From contig CAVDAL010000108.1 in the NCBI GenBank assembly GCA_963606965.1, positions 1-50,150 of the forward strand: DNA of 50,150 bases, read 5' to 3'. The position numbers and the translations under genes were made by a program. Of the stretch, positions 1-12,077 are shown piece by piece; position 1 is the first letter of the stretch, and every line of letters begins with the position of its first letter. The notes below the pieces were generated by a model that was not told where the DNA came from, ran no database searches, and saw only the letters and a program-made list of their open reading frames with translations. This stretch comes from Acutalibacteraceae bacterium. Its GTDB lineage: Bacteria; Actinomycetota; Coriobacteriia; Coriobacteriales; QAMH01.

Positions 1-86
1 AGCACCCGAATGCCCCCTTGAAACTTCCCCAAGTTTGCTATAAAGTGTAATAGAACATTTGTTTCGTTTATTTTTGAAAGGCAAAC

Positions 87-632
87 GTGGACGCAAGAAT
101 CATATTAGGAATAGACCCAGGACTAGCCAATACAGGCTGGGGCGTCATTGCTGCATCTAAGCAAAAGCTAATCCCTCTTGCATATGGTTGCATTCAAACG
201 TATAAATCACAAGAACTTCCACTTCGCTTATGCATAATTTCAGACGAATTAAAAAATATCGTTCAAAAATATAACCCGCAAGAAGTAAGCGTTGAATCAA
301 TCTTTTTTTGCGCAAATACAAAATCTGCAATGCTAACAGCTCAAGCTCGCGGCGCAGCTCTTTGTGCATGCGGGCAAATGAATTTGGATTATGCAGAATA
401 TACTCCTATACAAATTAAACAAGCACTTGTTGGAACGGGCGCAGCAGACAAATATCAAGTTCAATATATGGTGAAAGCTGTTTTAAACTTCAGCGACATT
501 CCAAAACCTGACCATGCAGCAGACGCTTTAGCAGCCGCAATTTGTCATGCAAGAATGAAGCCTGCAATTTTGCAAGAAGCGCATAGCAAACAAATATATG
601 AGCAAAACAAAATAATGAAAGAGGAAGCATGA
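87..632 (+). CDS. ruvC: Crossover junction endodeoxyribonuclease RuvC (Holliday junction resolvase)
   Basis: 181-aa ORF with a GTG start after GAAAGG. The N-terminal 'IILGIDPGLANTGWGV' and C-terminal 'DHAADALAAAICH' are typical RuvC acidic-residue motifs. Its stop overlaps the ruvA start, and the gene order is ruvC-ruvA-ruvB. Confidence 0.93.
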   Translation: MDARIILGIDPGLANTGWGVIAASKQKLIPLAYGCIQTYKSQELPLRLCIISDELKNIVQKYNPQEVSVESIFFCANTKSAMLTAQARGAALCACGQMNLDYAEYTPIQIKQALVGTGAADKYQVQYMVKAVLNFSDIPKPDHAADALAAAICHARMKPAILQEAHSKQIYEQNKIMKEEA

Positions 633-1216
633 TTTCATATTTAAAAGGAATAGTCGCTGCAAAAGGAGCAGACTCTGTAATAGTTGAAGTTCAAGGCATT
701 GGCTATGAACTTGCAATGTCAACAAAGTCCATTGCAGACTTGCCGCAAACAAATCAGAATGTGCAAGTTTGGGTGCATATGCATGTTAAAGATGATGGAA
801 TTTCTCTTTATGGCTTCAGCAGCTTAAAAGAACGCGAACTATTCACAAAGCTAACCAATGTGAGCAGCATAGGGCCAAAAACAGCATTAGCTGCACTTTC
901 CTCTTATTCAGCAGATGAACTTTTGCATGCAATAACACAAGCAGATTTATCTGCGCTTTCAAAAATTCCAGGAATTGGCAAAAAGAGTGCTCAGCGCATT
1001 ATTTTGGAACTTCAAGGAGTACTACAAACACAGCAAGATACAATTACAACAAGCACAAACAATTCACAAGAAATAAATGATGCGATACTCGCTCTTGAAT
1101 CAATGGGCTTTTCATCTGCAGAAGTTTCAAAAGCAATGCAAGATATAAACACAACGGAAATGAACAGCTCACAGCTAGTGCGCTTCGCACTAAAAAATTT
1201 AGGCGGTAAAAAATAA
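629..1216 (+). CDS. ruvA: Holliday junction branch migration complex subunit RuvA
   Basis: 195 aa. 'MISYLKG' N-terminus with an OB-fold, helix-hairpin-helix '[16 protein letters not shown]', and a C-terminal domain III. Flanked by ruvC and ruvB with overlapping junctions. Confidence 0.93.
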   Translation: MISYLKGIVAAKGADSVIVEVQGIGYELAMSTKSIADLPQTNQNVQVWVHMHVKDDGISLYGFSSLKERELFTKLTNVSSIGPKTALAALSSYSADELLHAITQADLSALSKIPGIGKKSAQRIILELQGVLQTQQDTITTSTNNSQEINDAILALESMGFSSAEVSKAMQDINTTEMNSSQLVRFALKNLGGKK

Positions 1217-2244
1217 TGTGGGAAAATGAAAATATAGATGAATTTACATCGAATGCGCGACTTGTTAGTCCAAAAGAAACTGAAGCAGAAAAAACAGAAC
1301 ACAATTTGCGCCCACAATATTTGGACGACTATATCGGGCAAACTCGCATAAAAGAAAATATGCGAATTCTTATTCAAGCAGCAAAAAAGCGTGGAGAAGT
1401 TCTTGATCATTTGCTATTCAGCGGTCCAGCTGGTCTTGGAAAAACAACATTAGCAAATGTTATTGCTAATGAAATGGGCGTGAATATCAAAACAACATCA
1501 GGACCTACAATTGAGCGTTCCGGCGACTTAGCTGCAATACTCACAAATTTGGAAGAAGGCGATGTTTTATTCATTGATGAAATTCATCGCATGAATAGAA
1601 GCATTGAAGAAATTTTATATCCAGCAATGGAAGATTATGCACTAGACATAATAATTGGACAAGGTCCTGCAGCGCGCAGCATACGCCTTGATATTCCACA
1701 TTTCACTTTAATAGCAGCAACAACTCGCACAGGGCTTTTAACAGGTCCTTTGCGCGACCGCTTTGGAGCAACATATCGCTTGGAATATTACAATCCGCAA
1801 GAATTAAAAGATATCATCATAAGGTCAGCAAGCATTCTTGGAATTTCAATAGATGATAGCGGCGCATTAGAAATCGCAACTCGTTCACGCGCAACACCGC
1901 GCCTTGCAAATAGAATGTTAAAGCGCGTGCGCGACTATGCCCAAGTAAAAGCAGATGGCATTATCACAAAGAAAATTGCACAAGAGGCTTTAACTTTTTA
2001 TGAAGTTGACAAAATGGGACTAGACACAACAGATATCAAAATCCTTAACTTACTTGTTCGCACATTCAAAGGCAAGCCTGTTGGTCTATCAACTCTATCA
2101 AGTGCTCTTGGTGAAGAAGAAGGTTCACTTGAAGATGTATATGAGCCTTACCTTTTGCAACAAGGCTTGCTTATTCGCACTCCAAAAGGCAGAGTTGCAA
2201 CACAAAAAGCATTTGAGCATTTGGGTGAAGTCTATGAAGGCTAA
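1216..2244 (+). CDS. ruvB: Holliday junction branch migration DNA helicase RuvB
   Basis: 342 aa. AAA+ Walker A 'GPAGLGKTT', Walker B 'LFIDEIHR', sensor region 'TLIAATTR', and a C-terminal winged helix. Confidence 0.96.
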   Translation: MWENENIDEFTSNARLVSPKETEAEKTEHNLRPQYLDDYIGQTRIKENMRILIQAAKKRGEVLDHLLFSGPAGLGKTTLANVIANEMGVNIKTTSGPTIERSGDLAAILTNLEEGDVLFIDEIHRMNRSIEEILYPAMEDYALDIIIGQGPAARSIRLDIPHFTLIAATTRTGLLTGPLRDRFGATYRLEYYNPQELKDIIIRSASILGISIDDSGALEIATRSRATPRLANRMLKRVRDYAQVKADGIITKKIAQEALTFYEVDKMGLDTTDIKILNLLVRTFKGKPVGLSTLSSALGEEEGSLEDVYEPYLLQQGLLIRTPKGRVATQKAFEHLGEVYEG

Positions 2245-2261
2245 AACTTTATTAGCATAAA

Positions 2262-3545
2262 TTAATAAGGCATATAATCTTTGCCAACCACAACAAGCAA
2301 GTCGCCATCAAATGAATATCTATAAGCACTTGCCACAGTTCTGCCCTGCCCTAAATCTGAAACAAGCAATTTAGCAGCTGCTTTGTTGCTGTCTTTCTTA
2401 TAAACAACTAAAGTTTCTTCATAAACAAATTGTGCAGCATTGCCGCTGCTTTCAACTTTCCAGCCGAGCTTTTTAACCTGTTCAACGCAATCTGCGGCAA
2501 TACCTGTAACGCCAGCACCGTTCCATACAGTCACTTCATTAGAAGCTCGCAAATCTTTATTGCTTGAAACTTCCTTCTTGCTGGCAATTGGCCCTAAGCC
2601 ATTTGCAACGCGTTCAACCATAGTCTTCCAAGAAGAGCTTTCTGGTACTGCATAATCAACTGAATTTTCATTTTCATCTGTGTAAGGCATTGTTGCGGAT
2701 GAATAATTTTCACTAACATCCATGCCCTGCAATTCCGTAAAAATAGTCAACAAAGTATCCTGCGACATATCAGAGGCAAAATATTTATCAAAAGTTTCAA
2801 CTTGATTTTGCATTTCTTCAGAACTTGAACCAAAAATCTTTGTGAACAAACTTGAAGCAATATCATCAGCAGATTTAGAAGAATCTGGCAACTTCATGCC
2901 AACTTGCACAGATGCATATTCACTCAATCCAGTTTCTGAAAATTCAACATAATGGGCAATATCAACATCTGCCAAACTTGCTAAAGCTTGAACAACTCCA
3001 CTTTCGTGCTGTGAATCATACAAATCAGAAATTCGCATATATCCTGTTCCTTCAAGATACATGCGTGTATTTGTTGGAATCCACAAAAATGTAATCTCTT
3101 CATTTTCTGTATCAACATGACAAAGAGCGATTTTTTTAGCCGTGCCACTTTTCCCAAGCGAAGACTTTGCATCTGTTTGCGTCATAGCAATCCAGAAGGA
3201 AGTTGCACTATCAGATGGCGCAACCAAAGCGCTACTTAAAGAAGAAGTATCCAAAGAAGGACGAATCGAATCTTTGACTGTTTGCTTATAAACAATAACG
3301 CCAACAATTCCAGCCAACAAAAGAGCGAAAACAGCAATAACGATAATCAACAAAATATGCTTATTAACAAGCGGCGTCTTTTTTATAGCAGTTCCATGCT
3401 TTCTTGGAGCAGTCGAACGAGTATATTTTGAAGACTTCGCAAAAGTTAATCCTGAATTTTTCTGCGAATGAGCATATGGGCGTGACTTACCCCTGCCACT
3501 AAGGCCACTCATATCTAAACCGCTATTGCGTTTCCCAAAAGCCAT
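2262..3545 (-). CDS. LCP (LytR-CpsA-Psr) family cell-envelope protein with C-terminal LytR_C domain
   Basis: 427 aa. Basic cytoplasmic N-terminus, a single TM helix ('ILLIIVIAVFALLLAGIVGVIVY'), and a divergent LCP core ('ITFLWIPTNTRMYLEGTG'). The C-terminal 'VTVWNGAGVTGIAADCVEQVKKLGWKV' is typical of LytR_C. Confidence 0.7.
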   Translation of the reverse strand: MAFGKRNSGLDMSGLSGRGKSRPYAHSQKNSGLTFAKSSKYTRSTAPRKHGTAIKKTPLVNKHILLIIVIAVFALLLAGIVGVIVYKQTVKDSIRPSLDTSSLSSALVAPSDSATSFWIAMTQTDAKSSLGKSGTAKKIALCHVDTENEEITFLWIPTNTRMYLEGTGYMRISDLYDSQHESGVVQALASLADVDIAHYVEFSETGLSEYASVQVGMKLPDSSKSADDIASSLFTKIFGSSSEEMQNQVETFDKYFASDMSQDTLLTIFTELQGMDVSENYSSATMPYTDENENSVDYAVPESSSWKTMVERVANGLGPIASKKEVSSNKDLRASNEVTVWNGAGVTGIAADCVEQVKKLGWKVESSGNAAQFVYEETLVVYKKDSNKAAAKLLVSDLGQGRTVASAYRYSFDGDLLVVVGKDYMPY

Positions 3546-3555
3546 AAATTTTTAC

Positions 3556-4854
3556 CTATAAACAAGCACGTGTTGTGCGGCTAACGTCTGCACCAATTGC
3601 ACGCAACTTGTCTGCATAATCCTCATATCCTCTGTCAATGTGATGAATTTCGCCAACAACAGTTTGTCCTTGTGCTGCCAAAGCTGCAACAACAATTGCA
3701 GCTCCACCGCGCAAGTCTGTAGAAACAACAGGCGCACCAGCTAGTTCATCAACACCAGTAATCAAAGCATGGTGTCCATCAATGCGAATTTGTGCACCCA
3801 TGCGTGAAAGTTCAGAAGCAAACATGAATCGATTTTCAAAAACATTTTCTGTAATAATTGAATTGCCATCTGCCACAGCACACAAAACCATAAATTGCGC
3901 CTGCAAGTCTGTTGGGAAACCAGGATGCGGCAAGGTCTGAATATCAACAGCTTTCAAGCGGCCATCGCGTGAAACTGTAATTTCATCTTCGCCACATTCA
4001 ATATTGCAGCCCATTTGCGTCAACTTCTTTATAGCCATAGCCAAATGAGCAGGGTTAACGCCTTGAACAGTAATAGGGCCGCCCATCAAAGCGCCAGCAG
4101 CTAAAAATGTGCCAGCTTCAATTCTGTCTCCTACAGTTTTATGATGAGGAGCAATAAATTCTTCATCCGTGCCTTCAATTACATAATCTGGCGTGCCAAT
4201 ACCTTCAATGTGAGCACCCATTTCTGTCAAAAAATTAGCCAAGTCAACAATTTCAGGCTCACAAGCAGCATTGTGAATAATAGTTGTCCCCTTCGCGCGC
4301 GTTGCAGCCATCATCAAATTTTCAGTTGCTCCAACACTTGGAAAGTCCAAAATAATTTCATTGCCGCAAAGTCCACCATCATCAACATGGGCTTCAATAT
4401 AGCCATGATCCATTCTGAACTTAACACCCAAAGCTTCAAGACTTGTAATATGCATGTCAAGTTTTCTAGAACCAATCTGACACCCACCAGGCATAGCAAC
4501 TCTTGCACGACCAAACCTGGCAATAAGCGGCCCCAAAATAGAAATTGATGCGCGCATTTTTGCTACAAGTTCATATGGAGTTTCAAAAGAAGTCAAATTT
4601 GAAGTATCAATGAAAACAGTGTGCTTGTCAAAGCCGCGTTCAGGTCCACGAGTAACCTTTGCACCGATTGTGGTAAGGACTTTTTCCATTATTCTAACGT
4701 CTGAAATACAAGGGACGTTTTCAATGCAAGTTTCTCCTTCGCACAAAACACTTGCTGCCATCAACTTCAAAACGGAATTTTTAGCGCCGCCAATTGGCAC
4801 ACAGCCGCTAATTTTATTCCCGCCATTTATAACAAAAACTTCTTCTGAGTTCAT
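3556..4854 (-). CDS. murA: UDP-N-acetylglucosamine 1-carboxyvinyltransferase
   Basis: 432 aa. 'PIGGAKNSVLKLMAA' N-terminal motif, catalytic Cys loop 'MPGGCQIGSRKLD', full-length EPSP-synthase-like fold. Confidence 0.95.
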   Translation of the reverse strand: MNSEEVFVINGGNKISGCVPIGGAKNSVLKLMAASVLCEGETCIENVPCISDVRIMEKVLTTIGAKVTRGPERGFDKHTVFIDTSNLTSFETPYELVAKMRASISILGPLIARFGRARVAMPGGCQIGSRKLDMHITSLEALGVKFRMDHGYIEAHVDDGGLCGNEIILDFPSVGATENLMMAATRAKGTTIIHNAACEPEIVDLANFLTEMGAHIEGIGTPDYVIEGTDEEFIAPHHKTVGDRIEAGTFLAAGALMGGPITVQGVNPAHLAMAIKKLTQMGCNIECGEDEITVSRDGRLKAVDIQTLPHPGFPTDLQAQFMVLCAVADGNSIITENVFENRFMFASELSRMGAQIRIDGHHALITGVDELAGAPVVSTDLRGGAAIVVAALAAQGQTVVGEIHHIDRGYEDYADKLRAIGADVSRTTRACL

Positions 4855-4932
4855 CTTTAAATTCCTTTTTCCCTTTTAGCGTTCGTAAGTTTATCAGGAA
4901 ACTTTGATGATTTTATGAATGCTATATATGGA

Positions 4933-4961
4933 AAAGAGCCACTCTTGACGAGCGGCTCTTT
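4933..4961 (-). terminator. Rho-independent terminator candidate downstream of atpC
   Basis: Hairpin 4933-4944 / 4950-4961 with 12 stem positions (11 base pairs, one A-C mismatch at 4941/4953) and a 5-nt loop. On the minus strand it reads GAGCCGCTC-GTCAA-GAGTGGCTC followed by TTTTCC. It lies in the 130-nt gap between atpC and murA. Confidence 0.55.
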
Positions 4962-4984
4962 ATTCATTGCCTAAAGCTTTAAAG

Positions 4985-5386
4985 CTATTTTTGTTTGAGA
5001 AGCAATTCTTTCCATTTAATTTCAGAATTCAAAAATGCATAATTTGCAGCTTCTGAATCCATGTCTTCTAATTGAAAACGTAAAGCTTCAAGCTCTTTTT
5101 CAAGAGCATCGCGGTCAATATTGTCGTAGCTTTCAGCACGACTAGCAAGAATAACAACTTTCTCGCCGTCAATCTGTGCATAACCTCCTGCGATAACAAA
5201 ACGCTTTTGCTCTGGTTCGCCTTCAACAGTCACACGCACAGTACCGGCTTTCAGGTTTGTAACGACAGGCTCATGTTTTTCATAAACGCCCATCTCGCCT
5301 TCGGAAGCAGGGAAAACTACAAATTCAACCGTGTCAGAATAGAACTTGTGCTCAGGTGTCACAATGTCACATTGTAGTTTCGACAT
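4985..5386 (-). CDS. atpC: F1 ATP synthase subunit epsilon
   Basis: 133 aa. 'LQCDIVTPE' beta-sandwich N-terminus plus a helical C-terminus. Last gene of the atp operon. Confidence 0.9.
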   Translation of the reverse strand: MSKLQCDIVTPEHKFYSDTVEFVVFPASEGEMGVYEKHEPVVTNLKAGTVRVTVEGEPEQKRFVIAGGYAQIDGEKVVILASRAESYDNIDRDALEKELEALRFQLEDMDSEAANYAFLNSEIKWKELLLKQK

Positions 5387-5405
5387 AAGTCAACACCTCT
5401 TCCTA

Positions 5406-6833
<1,428 letters not shown>

Positions 6834-7724
6834 TTATTCCTCCAAGGCAGCTGCGCCGCCGACAATTTCTGTAATTTCAGTAGTAATTGCACTCTGGCGT
6901 ACTCTGTTGTACAGACGATCCAAAGTTGCAATCATGTCTGTTGCATTATCTGTAGCAGACTTCATTGCCTTACGACGTGCCCCTTGTTCAGCGGCAGCTG
7001 AATCAATCAGTGCGTGATAAATCATTGTCTCGACATATGCCGGGAGCAAGTTATCAAGAACTGCTTCAGCGTCTGGTTCGAATTCAGGAGTGGAGGATAT
7101 ACTCTCTGTCTCTTCCTCTGCTGGAGCGCTCATTAAAGCATCCGCCTCGATTGGCAGAATTAACTCACAGCGCAGATCCTGATCCGCTGCATTGCGTGCA
7201 TGATTATAGAAAAGCTTGACTTCATCTACAGATTCATCCAAGAATGCAGAACGCACATATTCAGAAATTTCACGTGCCTCTGCAATTGTTGGGTCTGCAG
7301 ACATATCGCGGAAGGCCAAAACTGGCTCAACATGGCGATATTTGAAGTAGCCAACGCCTTTTTTGCCACAAACAACGACATTTGTTTTGATGCCTTCTGC
7401 TTGGTTTTCACGCACATAGCTTTCGGCTAAGCGAAGGATGTTACTATTAAAACCACCTGCTAAACCACGGTCAGAAACAACCACGATTGCAACAGCAGTC
7501 TTTTTAGCTTCATGTTCCTTCAAAAGGGGATGATCGATGTTGCCTGAATGCTTTGCAACATCTGCAAGCACCGATGCCATAGCCTCAGAATATGGTGTGG
7601 CTTCGGCGATGCGCTCGGTTGCATGCCTAATTTTGGCAGTAGCGACCATCTCCATGGTACGCGTAATCTGCTTGGTACTATGTACCGAGGTTATACGCTT
7701 TTTAATGTCGCGGAGATTGGCCAT
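6834..7724 (-). CDS. atpG: F1 ATP synthase subunit gamma
   Basis: 296 aa. 'MANLRDIKKRITSV' N-terminus and 'ITTEITEIVGGAAALE' C-terminus. Confidence 0.93.
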   Translation of the reverse strand: MANLRDIKKRITSVHSTKQITRTMEMVATAKIRHATERIAEATPYSEAMASVLADVAKHSGNIDHPLLKEHEAKKTAVAIVVVSDRGLAGGFNSNILRLAESYVRENQAEGIKTNVVVCGKKGVGYFKYRHVEPVLAFRDMSADPTIAEAREISEYVRSAFLDESVDEVKLFYNHARNAADQDLRCELILPIEADALMSAPAEEETESISSTPEFEPDAEAVLDNLLPAYVETMIYHALIDSAAAEQGARRKAMKSATDNATDMIATLDRLYNRVRQSAITTEITEIVGGAAALEE

Positions 7725-7733
7725 ATCTTACCC

Positions 7734-9299
7734 CTATTCCCCTACGGCAAACGTAGCTTTGAATGCCTTGATAGCTTCTTCAAGCTCTTCTGAAATTTCA
7801 TCTGTAAGCTTTCCTTCTGCAACAATCTTTGCTGCAACATCTGCAGCAGATGTGTGCATGTAGTCAATAAGACCAGCACGGAAACGCAAAACATCAGAAA
7901 CCGGAAGATCATCCAAATAACCTTTGTCGCCAGCAAAAATTGCAGCAACCTGATCTTCTACAGCCATAGCAGAATAACGACCTTGCTTCAAAAGCTCAGT
8001 CATGCGAGCACCACGGTCAAGCTGGTTCTGAGTTGCTTTATCCAAGTCTGAACCAAACTGAGAGAATGCTTGCAGTTCACGATATGCAGCCAAGTCAAGA
8101 CGAAGTGTACCAGCAACCTGCTTCATAGCTTTAATCTGAGCAGAACCACCAACTCGAGAAACCGAGATACCAACGTTAACAGCTGGGCGCTGACCTTGCA
8201 AGAACAAGTCTGACTGCAAGAAGATCTGACCATCTGTAATAGAAATTACGTTGGTTGGAATGTATGCTGAAACGTCGCCGCCCTGTGTTTCGATGATAGG
8301 AAGCGCAGTCAAAGAACCTGCACCATTAGCATCGGAAAGCTTAACAGCACGTTCAAGAAGACGTGAATGCAAATAGAAAACGTCGCCTGGATAAGCTTCG
8401 CGTCCTGGTGGGCGACGAAGAGTCAATGACATCTGTCTGTAAGCGACAGCCTGTTTGCTTAAGTCATCATAAATGCATAAAACGTGGCGGCCTGGATTTG
8501 TAGCAGAAGCTGGTTTGCCGTCTTCGCCGTTATACATAAAGAATTCGCCCATTGCAGCGCCTGCCATAGGAGCAATATATTGCAATGGAGCAGAGTCAGA
8601 TGCAGCTGCGACAACAACGATTGTATATTCGAGTGCACCATGCTTTTCTAAAGTTTCAACAACAGTAGCTACAGTTGATGCTTTCTGACCAATGGCAACA
8701 TAAACACAAATCATGTCCTTGCCTTTTTGGTTGATGATTGTATCAACACCAATTGCAGTCTTACCTGTTTGACGATCGCCAATGATCAATTCACGCTGAC
8801 CACGGCCAATCGGAATCATAGAGTCAATAGCAATAATACCTGTTTGTACTGGTTCATGAACTGGTTTACGTTCAATAACACCAGGAGCACGGAACTCAAC
8901 AGGACGATAGCCTTCTGGCTCAATTGGGCCTTTGCCATCCAATGGCATACCCAAAGGGTTAACAACACGGCCAAGCATTTGCTTGCCAGATGGAACCTCT
9001 ACAACGCGGCCAGTTGTGTGGACTTCATCGTTTTCTTTAATAACGGTGACGTCGCCCAACAAAACAGCACCAACCTCGTCTTCTTCAAGGTTCTGAGCGA
9101 GACCATAGACTGTCTTTCCTTCAGAAGAGACAAATTCCAAAAGCTCGCCCGCCATTGCACCCTTGAGGCCGTCTACGCGAGCGATACCGTCACCAACTTG
9201 AATAACGGTGCCGACCTCACGTGACTCTACGCTTGTTTTGAGGTTATCGAGCTGTGCGCGCAAAACCTCATCAATAGCGCTAGCGGTGATTTCCGCCAT
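7734..9299 (-). CDS. atpA: F1 ATP synthase subunit alpha
   Basis: 521 aa. P-loop 'GDRQTGKT', and '[21 protein letters not shown]'. Confidence 0.97.
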   Translation of the reverse strand: MAEITASAIDEVLRAQLDNLKTSVESREVGTVIQVGDGIARVDGLKGAMAGELLEFVSSEGKTVYGLAQNLEEDEVGAVLLGDVTVIKENDEVHTTGRVVEVPSGKQMLGRVVNPLGMPLDGKGPIEPEGYRPVEFRAPGVIERKPVHEPVQTGIIAIDSMIPIGRGQRELIIGDRQTGKTAIGVDTIINQKGKDMICVYVAIGQKASTVATVVETLEKHGALEYTIVVVAAASDSAPLQYIAPMAGAAMGEFFMYNGEDGKPASATNPGRHVLCIYDDLSKQAVAYRQMSLTLRRPPGREAYPGDVFYLHSRLLERAVKLSDANGAGSLTALPIIETQGGDVSAYIPTNVISITDGQIFLQSDLFLQGQRPAVNVGISVSRVGGSAQIKAMKQVAGTLRLDLAAYRELQAFSQFGSDLDKATQNQLDRGARMTELLKQGRYSAMAVEDQVAAIFAGDKGYLDDLPVSDVLRFRAGLIDYMHTSAADVAAKIVAEGKLTDEISEELEEAIKAFKATFAVGE

Positions 9300-9868
9300 T
9301 ATCTTTCACCTCCGGTCGTTACGGACGAGAGCGCAACACGCGCTTGTTCGAGAAGCGTATTAACGCTTGCATCGATGCGCTTTCCATGTGCGCCCAAAAC
9401 AATGCCACCCAAAATGCTTGAATCAATGTGCTCACGCAGCATAATCTCTTTGCCAAATTGTGCAGCAAACTTTTCTTTAATAGATTGACGCAGTGCATCA
9501 TCAAGCTCAACAACAGTAGTAACGTCGAGAATGACTACATTGAGGGTCTCTTCAACAAGGGTGTTAAATTCCTCAACCACTCGATGCAACAGGTCCATAT
9601 CGCAACGCTGTGCCATAACTGCGACTGTGCCAACTAAAGCTTGGTCGTAGTCTTTAAAAAGTTCCTTGACAATGTTTGAACGAAGTTCAGCATCTAAAGT
9701 TGCGTCGCTCAAAGTATCACGCAAATCTGGATGCGAAGAATAAACTTTGTTAACTTCTTCAAGTTGGCTTGCAACTTCAAATGTGTTGCCAGCTTCCTTT
9801 GTAGCGTCAAGAAGAACTTGTGCATAGGTTGCAACTTCTTGTTTGATGAGCATGCGTCCTTTAGGCAT
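9299..9868 (-). CDS. atpH: F1 ATP synthase subunit delta (OSCP)
   Basis: 189 aa. Sits between atpF and atpA with an OSCP-like C-terminus '[18 protein letters not shown]'. The start is uncertain: ATG 9868 overlaps atpF by 8 nt, and the alternative is ATG 9853. Confidence 0.85.
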   Translation of the reverse strand: MPKGRMLIKQEVATYAQVLLDATKEAGNTFEVASQLEEVNKVYSSHPDLRDTLSDATLDAELRSNIVKELFKDYDQALVGTVAVMAQRCDMDLLHRVVEEFNTLVEETLNVVILDVTTVVELDDALRQSIKEKFAAQFGKEIMLREHIDSSILGGIVLGAHGKRIDASVNTLLEQARVALSSVTTGGER

Positions 9869-10472
9869 CGAGATTACCTACCTTAGCAATATTGCGCTCA
9901 ATCAATTTGCGGTGATCAGCATCGGAAAAGTCCTCGCCAATAACCTGAGCAGCGACTGCAACTGTCAAATCTGCAACAGAACCTTGCAATTCAGCAATAG
10001 CAGCCTTTTTCTCGGACTCAATAGCCTCGCGTGCTTTAGCAACAATATCATCTGCTTCAGCTTGTGCCTTCTTTGTTAAGTCAGCACGTACTAATTCTGC
10101 TGATTGTTTTGCTTCAGCAATGATTGCTGTAGCTTCCTGACGAGCAGAATTCAATTGTTCCTTATACTCTTCAAGAATGCGCTCTGATTCAATCTGAGCA
10201 GCTTCTGATTTTTCAAGTGCACCTTTAATATTGTCTTCACGTTCTTTAATAATGCGATTTAATACTGGAAAACCAAATTTCGCTAAAATAATGACGACAA
10301 TAATGAATGCAACGAGCATAGGAACGAATTCATTCCAGTCAGGCAAAAGCACTGCTAAACCACTCTTTTCTTCCTCTGCGAAAGCAAGAGTTGGCATAGC
10401 GCAAGCACATACAGCAGCGACAGTTGACAATAAGCCAAATCGCGCGATGAATTTCTTTGCCCTTTCCTTCAC
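9861..10472 (-). CDS. atpF: Fo ATP synthase subunit b, with extra N-terminal hydrophobic segment
   Basis: 203 aa. TM helix 'FVPMLVAFIIVVIILAKFGFPVL' followed by a long charged coiled coil. It is preceded by a signal-peptide-like segment ending 'LAFA/EEE'. Operon position is between atpE and atpH. Confidence 0.85.
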   Translation of the reverse strand: MKERAKKFIARFGLLSTVAAVCACAMPTLAFAEEEKSGLAVLLPDWNEFVPMLVAFIIVVIILAKFGFPVLNRIIKEREDNIKGALEKSEAAQIESERILEEYKEQLNSARQEATAIIAEAKQSAELVRADLTKKAQAEADDIVAKAREAIESEKKAAIAELQGSVADLTVAVAAQVIGEDFSDADHRKLIERNIAKVGNLDA

Positions 10473-10520
10473 TTGTGCACCTTCTTCCCGGTCAAAATTA
10501 AATCTTTACTAAAAACCGAT

Positions 10521-10739
10521 TTAGAAGATGAAGGTGCAGACAAAGCCGATAAGAGCAAGAGCTTCAGCCAAAGCGCCAAAAATAAGAGCGTTTGTAAAGA
10601 GTTTGCCAGCGATTTCAGGCTGACGAGCTGAGCCAATGCAAAGACCATAGCCGCAAAGACCAAGGCCGATACCAGGGCCGAGTGTGCCGAGACCGTAGCC
10701 AACAACCTTGAGGGCTGCGATAACGATAGTTGTTTCCAT
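10521..10739 (-). CDS. atpE: Fo ATP synthase subunit c
   Basis: 72 aa from ATG 10739, which is preceded by GGAGGAAACAAA. The ORF-track start at 10772 adds 11 unsupported residues. Two-helix hairpin 'GLGTLGPGIG' with ion-binding Glu in 'FGALAEALALIG'. Confidence 0.9.
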   Translation of the reverse strand: METTIVIAALKVVGYGLGTLGPGIGLGLCGYGLCIGSARQPEIAGKLFTNALIFGALAEALALIGFVCTFIF

Positions 10740-10830
10740 TTTGTTTCCTCCTTTTGAATGAGCTGAAACCATCAGCTCTTCACGATTTTTATCTCAATCG
10801 AGTATCCGACTCGACTAAGCACCTAAAAAA

Positions 10831-11631
10831 TTAATGTTCGCTTGTTGCTAAACCTATGTACACAGCGGACAGTATTGTGAATACATATGCTTGCAAGAAA
10901 GCAACCAAGCATTCGAGTGCATACATGATGCATAAGAATAAGAACCAGATAACTGCTGGTAATGCCATTGCAAAGCTTGAATATGCAAATGCATTAAGCA
11001 AGAATGCGTTTACAAGGATGGCAAAAAGTCCCAAAACCATGTGGCCTGCGAACATGTTGCCATAAAGTCGAACTGCCAATGTTAATAAACGAATGACAAG
11101 TGAGATGAATTCGAATAGCCAGATAACTGGAACTAAAACCATTGGAAGGCCAGATGGAGCAATTGATTTGATGTAACCCCAGCCACCTTTAGCTTTGATA
11201 CCCCAGAAGTTGAAGTAGATGAATGACATTAAAGCAAGAGCCCATGTAATGCTTAATGTGCCTGTTGGAGTCTTAAAACTTGGGATAAGGCCGATAACAT
11301 TTGCAACTAAAATAAAGAAGAATAATGTTGCAAGGAATGGCATGTGCTTTTCATAGCCATGGCCAATTGCACCTTCGCCCATGTTTCTGCGGACTGCGTC
11401 ATATCCATATTCAACAAGACCCGCAAATTTGCTCTTAGGAATAAGCGTTACCTTCCTTGAGGCAATCAAAAGACCAATAACAACGATGAGCAAGATGATG
11501 ATCATCCAAAACACATATTGTGTGATGCCAATGCCATCGCCAAACTGAACTACGAATTGAGAATTGAACGATTCTCTTAGCTCTTGTATCGGTTCGGAAA
11601 TGTCCTCCAAAGGACTGCCGGTGAGCTTCAT
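10831..11631 (-). CDS. atpB: Fo ATP synthase subunit a
   Basis: 266 aa polytopic membrane protein with the essential Arg motif 'LAVRLYGNMFAGHMV'. Confidence 0.92.
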   Translation of the reverse strand: MKLTGSPLEDISEPIQELRESFNSQFVVQFGDGIGITQYVFWMIIILLIVVIGLLIASRKVTLIPKSKFAGLVEYGYDAVRRNMGEGAIGHGYEKHMPFLATLFFFILVANVIGLIPSFKTPTGTLSITWALALMSFIYFNFWGIKAKGGWGYIKSIAPSGLPMVLVPVIWLFEFISLVIRLLTLAVRLYGNMFAGHMVLGLFAILVNAFLLNAFAYSSFAMALPAVIWFLFLCIMYALECLVAFLQAYVFTILSAVYIGLATSEH

Positions 11632-11930
11632 TACTTAATCCTCCTACTATCTTTCCTTGGTAATATTACGCCAAAAATAAAAACTGCAATAAATAGTGCA
11701 GCTACGCTAGCTAAAGTGAATGGAAGTGCGAAGTCACGCGCGACTTTTATGCATATTACAATGCATATAAAGAGGATGAGAAATGACACAAGAATTGCGA
11801 AGAAAAACCATCCGGCTAAACCAGCTACGCCTTCTTGAGCATTTTCTTTTTTTGATTTTGCTGTTGCGAGTATGTATGGCAAATAACTAATAAAACCTGC
11901 GACTACACCCAAAACAATAGCAATAAACAT
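11631..11930 (-). CDS. Small integral membrane protein at the head of the atp operon (AtpI/AtpZ-like position)
   Basis: 99 aa with 3-4 predicted TM helices. Its stop overlaps the atpB start by 1 nt. The assignment rests on position only. Confidence 0.5.
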   Translation of the reverse strand: MFIAIVLGVVAGFISYLPYILATAKSKKENAQEGVAGLAGWFFFAILVSFLILFICIVICIKVARDFALPFTLASVAALFIAVFIFGVILPRKDSRRIK

Positions 11931-11996
11931 GTTCCAATCCTACGAAAACGCAAATGCCTTATGCACTTGCCCCATTAACTTTGAATCCATACTAAC

Positions 11997-12033
11997 GTAA
12001 AACGCCGAATACTACTAAAGAGTATCCGGCGTT
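11997..12033 (-). terminator. Rho-independent terminator candidate downstream of the dCMP deaminase gene
   Basis: 13-position stem 12001-13 / 12021-33 (12 base pairs, one mismatch) with a 7-nt loop. The minus-strand transcript ends ...GGCGTTTTAC. It separates the glyA block from the atp operon. Confidence 0.55.
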
Positions 12034-12077
12034 AGTTTGATGAAGTAAGAAAAAAGTACCACGAGCGGCGGGCAAAA

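Noticed and set aside
1-86. A promoter for ruvC (TTGAAA at 18-23, TATAAA at 39-44).
   Set aside because: The spacing is only 15 nt. In many genomes ruvC is co-transcribed with an upstream yebC-like gene that would lie outside the window. There is not enough support to call it.
2245-2261. The convergent ruvB / LCP gene junction as a possible replication terminus or dif site.
   Set aside because: Only 17 nt separate the two stop codons, which is too short for a 28-bp dif site, and I see no XerCD-like half-sites. A strand switch alone is not evidence of a terminus.
10740-10772. Longer N-terminal extensions offered by the ORF track for atpE (to 10772), Asp23 (to 21348), coaD (to 26562) and the GNAT-MBL fusion (to 37805).
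   Set aside because: The extensions overlap the upstream gene by 31-125 nt or lack an RBS, and they add non-conserved residues. Internal ATGs with GGAGG-type RBS or ATGA coupling give proteins that start at the conserved family N-termini.
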